DNA of 38,204 nt from Prolixibacteraceae bacterium (GTDB taxonomy: Bacteria > Bacteroidota > Bacteroidia > Bacteroidales > Prolixibacteraceae), in NCBI GenBank assembly GCA_035380005.1, contig DAOSWJ010000002.1:1-38204 (forward strand), in the 5' to 3' direction. This document shows positions 19,774 through 29,685 of the stretch, one piece after another; the first letter of the stretch is position 1; each line of letters starts with the position of its first letter. The position numbers and the translations under genes are program-made. Under the pieces are notes generated by a model. The model was not told where the DNA came from and searched no databases. It saw nothing but the letters and a program-made list of their open reading frames with translations.

Positions 19774-21969
19774 CTAAAATAGTTTTAAATTGTTAAAAAG
19801 TTGATCGAGAGCCATTTTTGCTGTTGCTTTTTTCCCTTCTTTTTTGCTGGGGGCATTTGAATTGAATGAATATTCTTGATTACTCATTGTAATAGTCAAA
19901 AGGGTAGAAAAGCGGTTTTCGGTATTTTGTTGCCCTAAATCTTCATGCTCGAATTTGAAAGTATTTTGTGGGTTTTGCTGTAACATTATCTGCAAAATGC
20001 TTGTGTAATTGCTGCTGTTTAACAGTTGATTGGGGTTGTTTGGTTCTGTGTCGGTATTATTTAAACTGAGGCAGTTTTGATTCAGGTATTCAATGGCCAG
20101 TTTGGCTGCTTTTTGTTTGGCCAGTTTTTTAGTGCTTCCCTCGCTTTTAAAAGTTTGAGTTTGTTCGTTTATTGTTAGCGGAATTGAGTAATGGAATACT
20201 GGTTGGTGAGGTGTGCCCTCGTGAATGAATGACTCTTCGAGGGCAGTAATTGAATTCTCTTTTTGAACGATTTCGAGTAATTTGCCATAGTAGTTTTCCT
20301 TACTTAACGCAAGGTCTTCGATGTTTTTTACCGCTGCCGGAATGAGTGCCTTTGCAGGTTTTTTGCTTAATTTTGCGTCAATAAAATTATTGTTGAAAAA
20401 GGCTTGAACCCAGTTGTCGGCTGCTTTGTTCAAAGCATCGCGTTTGTTTTGTTCCCAAGTATAAGTTGGGGTTGAAATAATTGTTGGCGATTCGGTATAA
20501 CTACCTATGTAACGTGCTAAAAAACCACCGGCAGGAGCCTCGGTAATTTCTTTTTCAATTTGCGAAAAAAATCCTTCTTTTTGTAAAAACTGAATAATTT
20601 GCGACGATGCCCCAGGGTTTTGGAGAAGTGCCATTTCAACTGCATTTTTTAGCTCGTGCGACATTTTTCCTTCGTTTGCCATTTTGAGCAAAAGATAAAA
20701 GTCGATCGATGTAAAATGTTCTTGTTTAATTCGCCATTGGCAGGCCTGCTCGAGCTCGGGACGCATTTTGCCGAGTTTGGCTCCTGCCTTGAGTATTTTT
20801 CTGAATTCGTTTATCGGAATTTCAATCAGGTTGCCATAACTCATACTGCCGGCTTTCTTTGCCAATAATTTTTGTGCTTTGCTTTCGAAGTATTCCGCTT
20901 TAACATCGCGACGGTAAGCATTGCCCGTGTTTATTTCATCGCAAAACCGATTAAGCACATCAGTTGTAAAAAAGGGTTCGGTTTTGTTTAGGTAACATTT
21001 TATTTGATAGTGGTTTACGAGGTCGGCAAATCGTCGTATTGGCGATGTAATATGGGCGTATGCCGTTTCGTTTAAGCCATAATGCCCATTTAAAACGGTT
21101 TCGTAAACTGCCGGGTTCGATAGTATTTGCAGCCGGTTGTTCAGCATTTCGAATGCATTGGCATCGGTTTGTGCAACAAGGTACTGATCCATTAAGGTTT
21201 CGCGCTTGGGTGTGGCTGCTTTCATGCTGTGATTGCGGAAAATAAATGGTATTTCTTTTTGTGCAAAAAATTTAGCAATGTTGGTGTTTGCCAAAATCAT
21301 TATTTCCTGCACAATTAAATAGGCAAGCGTAGTTTCTTTTTTCTTGATTCGTTCGAGCTGACCATTTTCATTGGTAATATAGCCTTTCGTTAAATCATAA
21401 AACGCAAGTGCACCTCTATCGCGACGTTTTTGTACAAGCATTTGTGCCAATTGCGAGGCCAACGAAAGCATTCCGTAAAGCGGATCGTCGGTTAAATTAT
21501 TGTTGAGTATGTTGGCCGTTTGCACATAAGTTAGTTTGCGTATTGAACGAAAACGTGCCTGATCGATTTGGAATTTTTGGGTTTCGAGTTGTTGGCTAAG
21601 TTCAATGCTGAATAACAATACAGGTTTTTCACCACTGTTGTTCAGACTTAAAAAACCTTCGGATAAAATTCGTGGTAGCATATTTTTTACGCCGGTACTC
21701 AGGTATTCCGATACTTGACGGCCGCGAGCCTTTTCAAAAAGCGGGCTGTTTGGTTCAATGCATTGGGCTAAGTCCGAAATGGCAACATCAACCTTCCAAC
21801 CGCTAGGGATTTGTTCAATCCAAATAGCATCGTCAAGATCGCGAGATTCATCGCCATCAATGGTAATTCCTTCAAATAAAGTGCGTTGGTTTAGCCATTG
21901 TGGTTGGTCCTTCAATTCGTTGATAATGTTTTTAACATTAATGCTAACCGGGGTGTTCTTGTATTTCAT
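19774..21969 (-). CDS. RNB-domain (RNase II/R family) exoribonuclease with tandem C-terminal dsRNA-binding domains
   Basis: Catalytic TIDGDESRDLDDAI, VAISD, MLP, IVQEIMILAN, FRNH, GHYGL…YAHITSPIRRFADLVNH. C-terminal dsRBD motifs include EGTPHQPVF…GSTKKLAKQKAAKLA and APSKKEGKKATAKMAL. The ATG at 21969 is preferred over the TTG at 22014. Confidence 0.88.
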   Translation of the reverse strand: MKYKNTPVSINVKNIINELKDQPQWLNQRTLFEGITIDGDESRDLDDAIWIEQIPSGWKVDVAISDLAQCIEPNSPLFEKARGRQVSEYLSTGVKNMLPRILSEGFLSLNNSGEKPVLLFSIELSQQLETQKFQIDQARFRSIRKLTYVQTANILNNNLTDDPLYGMLSLASQLAQMLVQKRRDRGALAFYDLTKGYITNENGQLERIKKKETTLAYLIVQEIMILANTNIAKFFAQKEIPFIFRNHSMKAATPKRETLMDQYLVAQTDANAFEMLNNRLQILSNPAVYETVLNGHYGLNETAYAHITSPIRRFADLVNHYQIKCYLNKTEPFFTTDVLNRFCDEINTGNAYRRDVKAEYFESKAQKLLAKKAGSMSYGNLIEIPINEFRKILKAGAKLGKMRPELEQACQWRIKQEHFTSIDFYLLLKMANEGKMSHELKNAVEMALLQNPGASSQIIQFLQKEGFFSQIEKEITEAPAGGFLARYIGSYTESPTIISTPTYTWEQNKRDALNKAADNWVQAFFNNNFIDAKLSKKPAKALIPAAVKNIEDLALSKENYYGKLLEIVQKENSITALEESFIHEGTPHQPVFHYSIPLTINEQTQTFKSEGSTKKLAKQKAAKLAIEYLNQNCLSLNNTDTEPNNPNQLLNSSNYTSILQIMLQQNPQNTFKFEHEDLGQQNTENRFSTLLTITMSNQEYSFNSNAPSKKEGKKATAKMALDQLFNNLKLF

Positions 21970-22084
21970 TAAAAATAATTTTTCACAAAAATAGCTTTTT
22001 AGCCTAGCTTTCAAAATAGTTTTACTTGCATGGGCAATTAAGATAATTTTGTCTGAATAAGGTTTTTACATATCGAAAAAATTC

Positions 22085-22092
22085 TATCTTTG
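22085..22092 (+). promoter_or_regulatory. -7 promoter element (TATCTTTG) for ccsBA
   Basis: Consensus match 30 nt upstream of the ATG at 22123. Confidence 0.6.
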
Positions 22093-22122
22093 GTAGTTCG
22101 AAAATTAAACAAAAACAAAACG

Positions 22123-25100
22123 ATGAGGAAAATTCTGAAAGCGCTGTCGTCGCCAATATTTATGGTTTTTTTGCTGGTGTTGTTGATAGTAGCCATGGCT
22201 ACTGCTACTTTTATCGAAAACGATTTTGGATCAACTGTGGCCCGACTTAAAGTTTACAATGCTTTTTGGTTTGAGTTGATATTGGTATTGTTATCGGTAA
22301 ATTTTTTGGCACAAATAGTACAATATAAATTGTACAAGCCAGCAAAGTTGTCGGTTTTTTTGTTCCATTTTGCATTTATTATAATGATAATTGGCGCTGG
22401 TATTACGCGCTATTTTGGCGAAGAAGGAACCATGCACATACGCGAAGGTGAGGCTTCAAATATTATTGATGTAAACGAACGGGTGTTCAAAATAAATGTT
22501 GAAAATAATGGTCAGAAAGGCAGTTTTGTTTTCAATAGTGCTTTGGAATTGAAAAGGGTCCTCAACGAAAAATTCATGTTCGAAGGCGAAGATTATTCGG
22601 TTAAGCTCTCGAAATATTACGAATCGGTATCGAAACAAGCAGTGCCCGATTCAAACGGAAGCCCTGTATTAGGTTTTATGGTTTCGGGACAAGGTTATCG
22701 GGGCTTCGATTATTTGTCTTTTGGCGATACTAAACGTTTTGGTGCGTTAAGTATTGGTTTTAATGACTTAAGCGATACGGTAAGCGGCATGCTTATTTAT
22801 TTCGAAAACAATATGTTGTTATTAAAAGCCGACGATAGAGTTGTAGTAAGCCAAATGGGAGGCGAGGCCGAAACTATTGACAAGGCTGTGCCAATACCTG
22901 TTGAACCGCAAATGATTTATAATTATCGAAGCTTTAATTTTGTAATGCAGGATGTGTTGCCCAAAGCCAAAATTGTACCTTCGATGCCCGAAGTAGAATC
23001 AATGGGGCAGGGCATGAGCGCAATGGTAATTGAGCTTTCGAAAAACGAACAAACCCGCGAATTAGTTATTTTCGAAGATGAATGGAACACCAATAAATTT
23101 AAGACAGTAGAAATTGATCAGGCAAAAATATCGGTCGCTTATGGTAATCGTACCATTGAACTTCCTTTTAGCCTTTACTTGAACGATTTTGTAATTGAAC
23201 GCTATCCGGGGTCGAACAGTCCTTCGTCGTTTTCGAGTTACGTTACCATTCACGAAACAGGTGAAGAACCTGTGCCATACCATATTTTTATGAATAATAT
23301 TTTGAAACACCGAGGATATCGGTTTTTTCAGTCGTCGTACGATAACGATGAGCTAGGTACTATTCTCTCGGTTAACCACGATCCGATAGGAACCGGTGTA
23401 ACTTATTTTGGATATTTGCTCATGTTGATAGGCATTGTGTGGTCAATGCTAAACCCAAAGTCGTTTTTCAGGCGTACCCTTGTTAATAAAAAGCTTTTAC
23501 CCTTGTTCATCGCTTTCTTATTAATATTGCCCGGAATTGTATCGGCACAAAATAATGAACGCACTACCAATCAGGTTGTCGATAAGGGCCATGCCGAAAA
23601 ATTTGGCCATTTGTTTGTGCAAAACTACAAAGGCCGAACAGAACCCATGTTTACCTATACATCGGAATTATTAAGGAAAATTGCACGTTCAGAAAATTTT
23701 AACGGGCTAAGCCCAACTCAGGTTTATATCGAAATGAGTATCGATCCGGCTTCGTGGATGGATGTTCCGATGATAAAGATAAGCAATAACGAGTTGCAAC
23801 GATATTTGGGTTTAAGTGGAAAATATGCTGCCTACAACGATTTGGTGATAGCAAACAGGGGGTATGTGTTAAGTGAGTTGGTTAGCAGGGTTTATGCAAA
23901 ACCAGCAGCTCAGCGAGATAAGTTCGATAAGGCAGTAATTAAAACCGACGAAAAAGTGAATATTTGTTTCGGTATATATACCGGCAACTTACTTAAGGTT
24001 TTACCTGTACCTGCAAACCCTGAGCCTACAAAATGGTTTTCGGCCAACGATGCAACAAAACTGGCTCAAAATAAAACCGATTCTCTAATGCTGGGAAGTA
24101 TTGTTGCAGCTTATTTTAGCGAAGTAATAAAAGCTAAAACGTCGGGTAATTATAAAAATGCCGATGCTTATCTTGAAGCATTGATAAAGTATCAAAGTCA
24201 AAATGCAGGCTATCGCTTGCCTTCGGTTTTTAAAACCAAGGTTGAGATCTTTTATCAAAAACTTAATGCATTTAAAAAGCTGTTTCCGTTTTATTTTGCC
24301 TTTGGCTTGTTGTTTTTGTTTTTGCTCATTGCATTTATTGTAATTGGAAAGCAGTTGCCCAAATGGTTGTTCAATATCTTTTATTTTTCGGTTTTACTTG
24401 GTTTTACAGTGCATACTGTTGGCTTAGCTGCCCGTTGGTACATATCGGGGCATGCACCAATGAGCAACGGTTACGAGTCGATGGTTTTTATTTCGTGGGT
24501 AACAGTTTTGTCGGGTTTTATTTTTAACAAACGTTCGCAATTTGTTTTAACAGCAACAGCAGTATTGGCAGGTTTAACCTTAATGGTTGCCAACCTTAGC
24601 TTTATGGATCCCGAGGTTTCGAACCTTGTACCTGTATTACAGTCGTATTGGTTAACCATACATGTTTCGGTAATTACGGCCAGTTATGGCTTTTTGGGTT
24701 TGGGCGCATTATTGGGTACAATAGTTCAAATTTTGTTTGTGTTTGCTAATAAACAGAATAAAATACGCATTGCCGAAACGGTAAACAACATAACAGTAAT
24801 AAACCACAAAACGCTAATTGTTGGTTTGTATTTGTTAACCATAGGAACATTTTTAGGTGCTGTATGGGCTAACGAATCGTGGGGCCGATATTGGGGCTGG
24901 GATCCAAAAGAAACCTGGGCACTCATATCGATGTTGGTTTATGCCATTGTAATTCATGCACGAATGGTTCCCGGAATGAAAGGCATCTTTACATTTAACT
25001 TGTTGGCATTATATGCTTTTGCATCGATTATTATGACCTATTTTGGTGTGAATTATTATTTATCGGGCTTACACTCGTATGCCGGGGGCGACCCGGTACC

Positions 25101-25212
25101 GGTGCCTTCGTTTGTATATTATACCGTGGCCTCGTTTGTGATGCTTTCATTGTTGGCGTCAATCCGATTCGATAAAATTTATAAACAACAAAATAAGACG
25201 AATAATACCTGA
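22123..25212 (+). CDS. ccsA: Fused system II cytochrome c synthase CcsBA (ResB/ResC)
   Basis: N-terminal ResB-like region (ATFIENDFG, FLFHFAF, IFMNNIL…GYRFFQSSYD). The C-terminal part has GHAPMSNGYES, PVLQSYWLTIHV, the WWD domain WANESWGRYWGWDPKETW, and SGLHSYA. Confidence 0.93.
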   Translation: MRKILKALSSPIFMVFLLVLLIVAMATATFIENDFGSTVARLKVYNAFWFELILVLLSVNFLAQIVQYKLYKPAKLSVFLFHFAFIIMIIGAGITRYFGEEGTMHIREGEASNIIDVNERVFKINVENNGQKGSFVFNSALELKRVLNEKFMFEGEDYSVKLSKYYESVSKQAVPDSNGSPVLGFMVSGQGYRGFDYLSFGDTKRFGALSIGFNDLSDTVSGMLIYFENNMLLLKADDRVVVSQMGGEAETIDKAVPIPVEPQMIYNYRSFNFVMQDVLPKAKIVPSMPEVESMGQGMSAMVIELSKNEQTRELVIFEDEWNTNKFKTVEIDQAKISVAYGNRTIELPFSLYLNDFVIERYPGSNSPSSFSSYVTIHETGEEPVPYHIFMNNILKHRGYRFFQSSYDNDELGTILSVNHDPIGTGVTYFGYLLMLIGIVWSMLNPKSFFRRTLVNKKLLPLFIAFLLILPGIVSAQNNERTTNQVVDKGHAEKFGHLFVQNYKGRTEPMFTYTSELLRKIARSENFNGLSPTQVYIEMSIDPASWMDVPMIKISNNELQRYLGLSGKYAAYNDLVIANRGYVLSELVSRVYAKPAAQRDKFDKAVIKTDEKVNICFGIYTGNLLKVLPVPANPEPTKWFSANDATKLAQNKTDSLMLGSIVAAYFSEVIKAKTSGNYKNADAYLEALIKYQSQNAGYRLPSVFKTKVEIFYQKLNAFKKLFPFYFAFGLLFLFLLIAFIVIGKQLPKWLFNIFYFSVLLGFTVHTVGLAARWYISGHAPMSNGYESMVFISWVTVLSGFIFNKRSQFVLTATAVLAGLTLMVANLSFMDPEVSNLVPVLQSYWLTIHVSVITASYGFLGLGALLGTIVQILFVFANKQNKIRIAETVNNITVINHKTLIVGLYLLTIGTFLGAVWANESWGRYWGWDPKETWALISMLVYAIVIHARMVPGMKGIFTFNLLALYAFASIIMTYFGVNYYLSGLHSYAGGDPVPVPSFVYYTVASFVMLSLLASIRFDKIYKQQNKTNNT

Positions 25213-25398
25213 CTTTTTTTGTGCTTGCTTCCCCGAAAAGTTGTATTTTGCAAAACTTTTTTCAAAAGTACTTTTATAACTCTTTCGAATTATATCGTAT
25301 TTAATTTTTTTTGTATTGTAAAATATTGTTTGAAAATTAGTTAACAAGTGTATAAACAAGCTTTCGACGTAGATTTAGATGGTTCAAATATTTTAACC

Positions 25399-26571
25399 AT
25401 GGGATTAATAAAACCAACATATCAAATAATTTTTCCTAAGCGAAACGGAAATTTTTCGAATCAATGGGACAGTTGCCTCGAGCAAATTAAATCAATATCA
25501 AACAACAACGATAAAGCCGTTACCCGTGTAAATATTTTTGTGTATTCCGAAAATCAGGCCGATTATATTGAGAAACAAAATAGGGTAAAGCAAACCTTTT
25601 TGGCTGAATTTGGCTTGAATTGTCCTCCTTTTGGCGTAGTTATGCAAGCTCCCGAAGAACCCAATCAGGTTATTTGTGAAATTGGAATGGTTAGCACAAA
25701 ATCAGCAAGTGTGAGTTATGGCATGTTTCACGATATACCTTACTGCATTGTTGATGCCAATAATTACAAAGAATATTGGACAGTTGGGGCTCATGCTGTA
25801 AAGCCCGAATTGAACATTATGGCATCATCGCAGGCAGCTTTTTCTTATTTGAACGATTTGTACCAGCATTTGGGCTTAAGCCTTAACAATATTGTAAGGC
25901 AGTGGAACTATGTTGGCGAAATATTGAACAAGGAAGAAGATGGTGCCCGTTTGAGGCAACATTACCAAATGTTTAACGAAACACGTAGCGATTATTACGG
26001 CAGGTTTCGAACCCGCAATGATTTTCCCGCAGCAACAGGAATCGGAATGTTGTCTCAGGGTGTTTGTATCGATAGTTTTGCTGTTGATGGTAACAATAAA
26101 CTTAAAATTATACCAGTGAGCAACCCGGTTCAAAGCGAATCGTATTGCTACGGGCAGGAAGTGTTGGTTGGTGCCCCCGATTTGGCACGCAAGCAAAATC
26201 AAGCTCCTCAGTTCGAAAGAGCTAAGTTGTTAGTGTTGAATAGCGTTTCGCGATTGATTGTTTCGGGTACCGCATCAATTATTGGTCAAAAAACAGTTGG
26301 TATTGGCGATGTTGAAGAGCAAACACGTGTTACAATCGATAATATTAAACGACTGGCAAACCCCGAACATCTGAAAACACTTTGCCCCGAAATGATAAAT
26401 GTACCCGATAAATACAGTTACATAAGGGTTTATGTGAAGTTTAAAGATGATATTCAGAAGGTTCGCAATATTTGTAATTTGCATTTTGGTGATACACCTG
26501 CCACTTATGTTGTTGCCGATATTTGTCGCGACGATTTATTGGTTGAAATCGAAGCTGAATTACTATCATGA
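25399..26571 (+). CDS. FkbO/Hyg5/XanB2-type chorismatase-like protein (tandem Rid/YjgF fold)
   Basis: Motifs IVRQWNYV, YQMFNETR, PAATGIG, SNPVQ, PQFERA, VSGTASIIG, YIRVYVK and ADICRDDLLVEIEA. Confidence 0.72.
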   Translation: MGLIKPTYQIIFPKRNGNFSNQWDSCLEQIKSISNNNDKAVTRVNIFVYSENQADYIEKQNRVKQTFLAEFGLNCPPFGVVMQAPEEPNQVICEIGMVSTKSASVSYGMFHDIPYCIVDANNYKEYWTVGAHAVKPELNIMASSQAAFSYLNDLYQHLGLSLNNIVRQWNYVGEILNKEEDGARLRQHYQMFNETRSDYYGRFRTRNDFPAATGIGMLSQGVCIDSFAVDGNNKLKIIPVSNPVQSESYCYGQEVLVGAPDLARKQNQAPQFERAKLLVLNSVSRLIVSGTASIIGQKTVGIGDVEEQTRVTIDNIKRLANPEHLKTLCPEMINVPDKYSYIRVYVKFKDDIQKVRNICNLHFGDTPATYVVADICRDDLLVEIEAELLS

Positions 26572-29500
26572 ATAAAACAGTAAATACAATAATCGGGTGG
26601 AGCGTTTTTGGTATTTCGTTATTGATTTATACCCTCACACTCGAACCAACAGTAAGCTTTTGGGATTGTGGCGAATTTATCGCTTCATCGTACAAACTGC
26701 AAGTAGGTCATCCGCCGGGCGCACCTTTCTTTCAAATAATTCAGCGTATTTTTTCGTTGTTGGCGCCTAATAATGGAGCAGTTGCTTTTATGATGAACTT
26801 TTTTTCGGCTGTGGTGAGTGCTGCTACAATTATGTTCTTGTACTTAACTATTGTATTATTGGCACAGCGCTTTTCTAATGAAAAAACGCAGTCTGAAAAA
26901 CCAATACTGATTTATGCCGCAGGTATAATTGGGGCCCTTACTTTTGCTTTTACCGATACATTTTGGTTCTCGGCTGTTGAAGCCGAAGCTTATGCTTTTT
27001 CATCGTTATTTACAGCGGTAGTTTTTTGGGCAATATTAAAGTGGGAGCGCGAAGCCTCCTTACCTAATGCAAACCGTTGGATTGTTCTGATCGCTTATCT
27101 TATTGGCCTGTCAATTGGTGTTCACTTGCTTAACTTATTGGCCATACCTGCAATTGCACTTATTTGGTATTTTAAAAAATATCGTCCAAGCACAAAAGGT
27201 ATCATAAGCACGCTAATTATTTCGGCTTTAATTATTGTTGCTATTATGTTCGGGATGGTACAGGGAACCCCGCGCATTGCCGAAATTTTTGATGTGTTTT
27301 TTGTAAACACTTTAGGTCTGCCATTTAATAGTGGCTTGTTGTTTTTTGTTGTTTTTTTAGGTGCAGCATTGGCAGCATTAATTGTTTATTCGCACAAAAC
27401 AAAAAAGGTGATGCTCAATTTGGCCTTGGTTTCGATAGCCGTTATTTACATAGGTTTTTCATCGTACACCATCATCATAATTAGGGCACAGGCAAACCCG
27501 CCAATGAATGAAAACAACCCGTCGAATGCTTATGCATTAATGAATTATTTAAACCGTACACAATACGGTAGCACGCCGGTTTTTTCGGGCTATTATTACA
27601 ATGCTCCGGCCATAGCTTTAAAAGAAGGCAAACCTGTGTTTTATCCAGGTAGCGAAAAATATATTAAAGTTGAAGGCCAAACAGAATATGAATTCGATGA
27701 ACGGTTCAAAACTATTTTCCCACGAATGTACAGCCAGCAAGACAACCATGTATTTGGTTATAAAAGTTGGGGAAAAGTTAGGGGACAAAAAGTTAACGTG
27801 AATGGTCAAACTGAGGTGTTGCCAACTTTTGGCGAAAATTTGCGGTATTTTTTCTCCTACCAGCTCAATCACATGTATTTCAGGTATTTTATGTGGAATT
27901 TTTCGGGGCGACAAAACGATATTCAAGGGCATGGCGATATTTTTAATGGCAATTGGTTAAGCGGAATAAGTTTTATCGATAAAGCCCGCTTGGGTCATAA
28001 TGGTATTCAGCCTTCGGCAATGAGCAATCCCGAAACTACCAACCGTTATTTTATGTTGCCGTTTTTGCTTGGGCTTTTAGGTTTATTTTATCATTACAAA
28101 CGCAATAAAAACGATTTTTGGGTTGTTATGCTGCTCTTTTTTATGACCGGTATTGCAATTGTTTTGTACCTGAACCAACCGCCATATCAGCCACGTGAAC
28201 GCGATTATGCTTATGCCGGGTCGTTTTACACTTTTGCTATATGGATTGGCTTTGGAGTGTTGGCTGTTTCGCAAATATTCGAAAAAGCACTTAAAAATAA
28301 AGCAGCAACCTTGGCTATTGTGCTTTGTTCTGCAGTGCCGGCTATTGTTTTGGCACAAAATTATAACGATCACGACAGATCGGGGCGTTACATTGTGCGC
28401 GATTTGGGCAAAAATTACCTGAACAGTTGCGAGCAAAATGCTATCCTTTTTACTTTTGGCGATAACGATACTTTTCCGCTTTGGTATGTTCAGGATGTTG
28501 AAAACGAACGCACCGATGTGCGTATTTGCAATGTAACTTTACTTAACAGCGATTGGTACATCGATCAAATGAAACGTAAAGTTTACGAGTCGGATCCATT
28601 GCCTATTTCAATGGCAAGAGAAAAATATATGCACAATGTACGAAATACTGTTTTTATTCGCGACGATATAAAAACACCTGTGGAGCTGAAAACCCTTGTA
28701 AATATTGTTCTTAGCGATAACGAACGTACAAAAGTGCAAACACAGGCAGGTAGGTCGTTCGATTTTATGCCTACACGGCAAATTAAAATAACTGTCGATA
28801 AAAATCAGGTTCTGCGCACAAATACAGTTCCAGAAGAAAAAGCCCATTTAATTGAAGATTCAATTGTTTTTTCAGTGCAAGGAAATTATTTGTCGAAAAG
28901 CGATTTGGCTATTCTCGATATGTTGGCCAATAACAATTGGGAACGTCCGGTTTATTTCGATTTAAGTGTAGTGCAAACCAGTAACATTAAGCTCGAAAAG
29001 TATTTGCAAAACGAAGGCTTTGCTTATCGGTTTCTGCCCATAAAAAGTAACTCGCTCGATAGCGCTATCGACACCGATATCCTTTACGCCAGATTGATGG
29101 AACAATTTAGTTGGGGAAACATTGGTAGCCCTAAAATTCATATTGATGATAATTTACATCGAACAACCGAAATAGTGAGGCTTAAGCGTAACTTCTTTTT
29201 ATTGGCGAGTGCTTTAATTGATGAAGAAAATAATGATAAAGCCCTTAAAGTGATCGATAAAGTTTACGAAATAATGCCACTCAACCGTTATTATACTTCG
29301 TACAACGATGTGGCTTTGGCCAATGTTTATCATCAGGTAAATGCAAACAAAAAAGCTGAGCAGGTTTTGACGCAAGTAGCAGATAATGCTTTTGACAAAA
29401 TTGATTTTTATCTGTCGTTGGGTAGTAATTACATTGGATATTACGAACGCGAAATGAAAGTTGAAATGAGTATGGTTAAGGAGGTTTTAAACCTTAGCCA

Positions 29501-29576
29501 ACGAATGGATTTAATTGATTTGAAAGAAAAAATACAAACACGTCTCGATGTTGTTACATCGGCATACAAACAATAA
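26568..29576 (+). CDS. DUF2723 / TMEM260-like GT-C fold membrane glycosyltransferase
   Basis: TLEPTVSFWDCGEFI…LQVGHPPGAP, FWFSAVEAEAY, GVHLLNLL, PRERDYAY, FTFGDNDTFPLWY, many TM helices and a C-terminal helical domain. ATGA overlap with the upstream gene. Confidence 0.88.
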   Translation: MNKTVNTIIGWSVFGISLLIYTLTLEPTVSFWDCGEFIASSYKLQVGHPPGAPFFQIIQRIFSLLAPNNGAVAFMMNFFSAVVSAATIMFLYLTIVLLAQRFSNEKTQSEKPILIYAAGIIGALTFAFTDTFWFSAVEAEAYAFSSLFTAVVFWAILKWEREASLPNANRWIVLIAYLIGLSIGVHLLNLLAIPAIALIWYFKKYRPSTKGIISTLIISALIIVAIMFGMVQGTPRIAEIFDVFFVNTLGLPFNSGLLFFVVFLGAALAALIVYSHKTKKVMLNLALVSIAVIYIGFSSYTIIIIRAQANPPMNENNPSNAYALMNYLNRTQYGSTPVFSGYYYNAPAIALKEGKPVFYPGSEKYIKVEGQTEYEFDERFKTIFPRMYSQQDNHVFGYKSWGKVRGQKVNVNGQTEVLPTFGENLRYFFSYQLNHMYFRYFMWNFSGRQNDIQGHGDIFNGNWLSGISFIDKARLGHNGIQPSAMSNPETTNRYFMLPFLLGLLGLFYHYKRNKNDFWVVMLLFFMTGIAIVLYLNQPPYQPRERDYAYAGSFYTFAIWIGFGVLAVSQIFEKALKNKAATLAIVLCSAVPAIVLAQNYNDHDRSGRYIVRDLGKNYLNSCEQNAILFTFGDNDTFPLWYVQDVENERTDVRICNVTLLNSDWYIDQMKRKVYESDPLPISMAREKYMHNVRNTVFIRDDIKTPVELKTLVNIVLSDNERTKVQTQAGRSFDFMPTRQIKITVDKNQVLRTNTVPEEKAHLIEDSIVFSVQGNYLSKSDLAILDMLANNNWERPVYFDLSVVQTSNIKLEKYLQNEGFAYRFLPIKSNSLDSAIDTDILYARLMEQFSWGNIGSPKIHIDDNLHRTTEIVRLKRNFFLLASALIDEENNDKALKVIDKVYEIMPLNRYYTSYNDVALANVYHQVNANKKAEQVLTQVADNAFDKIDFYLSLGSNYIGYYEREMKVEMSMVKEVLNLSQRMDLIDLKEKIQTRLDVVTSAYKQ

Positions 29577-29685
29577 ATTAACAAACATTGATTAGACGAA
29601 TTTGCTTTGGCTTATTATTTGCTATCCTACTATTTTTATAAAATTTTTTAGCTGAATCAGATTGTTTACCTCTTTTACTTTTTTT

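Noticed and set aside
19774-21969. Calling the RNB gene canonical rnr or rnb
   Set aside because: It lacks recognisable cold-shock and S1 domains and has dsRBD-like repeats instead, so no gene symbol was assigned.
25235-25275. Palindromes TTTTGCAAAA (25246-25255) and AAAAGTACTTTT (25264-25275) between ccsBA and the chorismatase-like gene
   Set aside because: They are almost purely A/T and likely to arise by chance in this intergenic composition. No regulator can be assigned.
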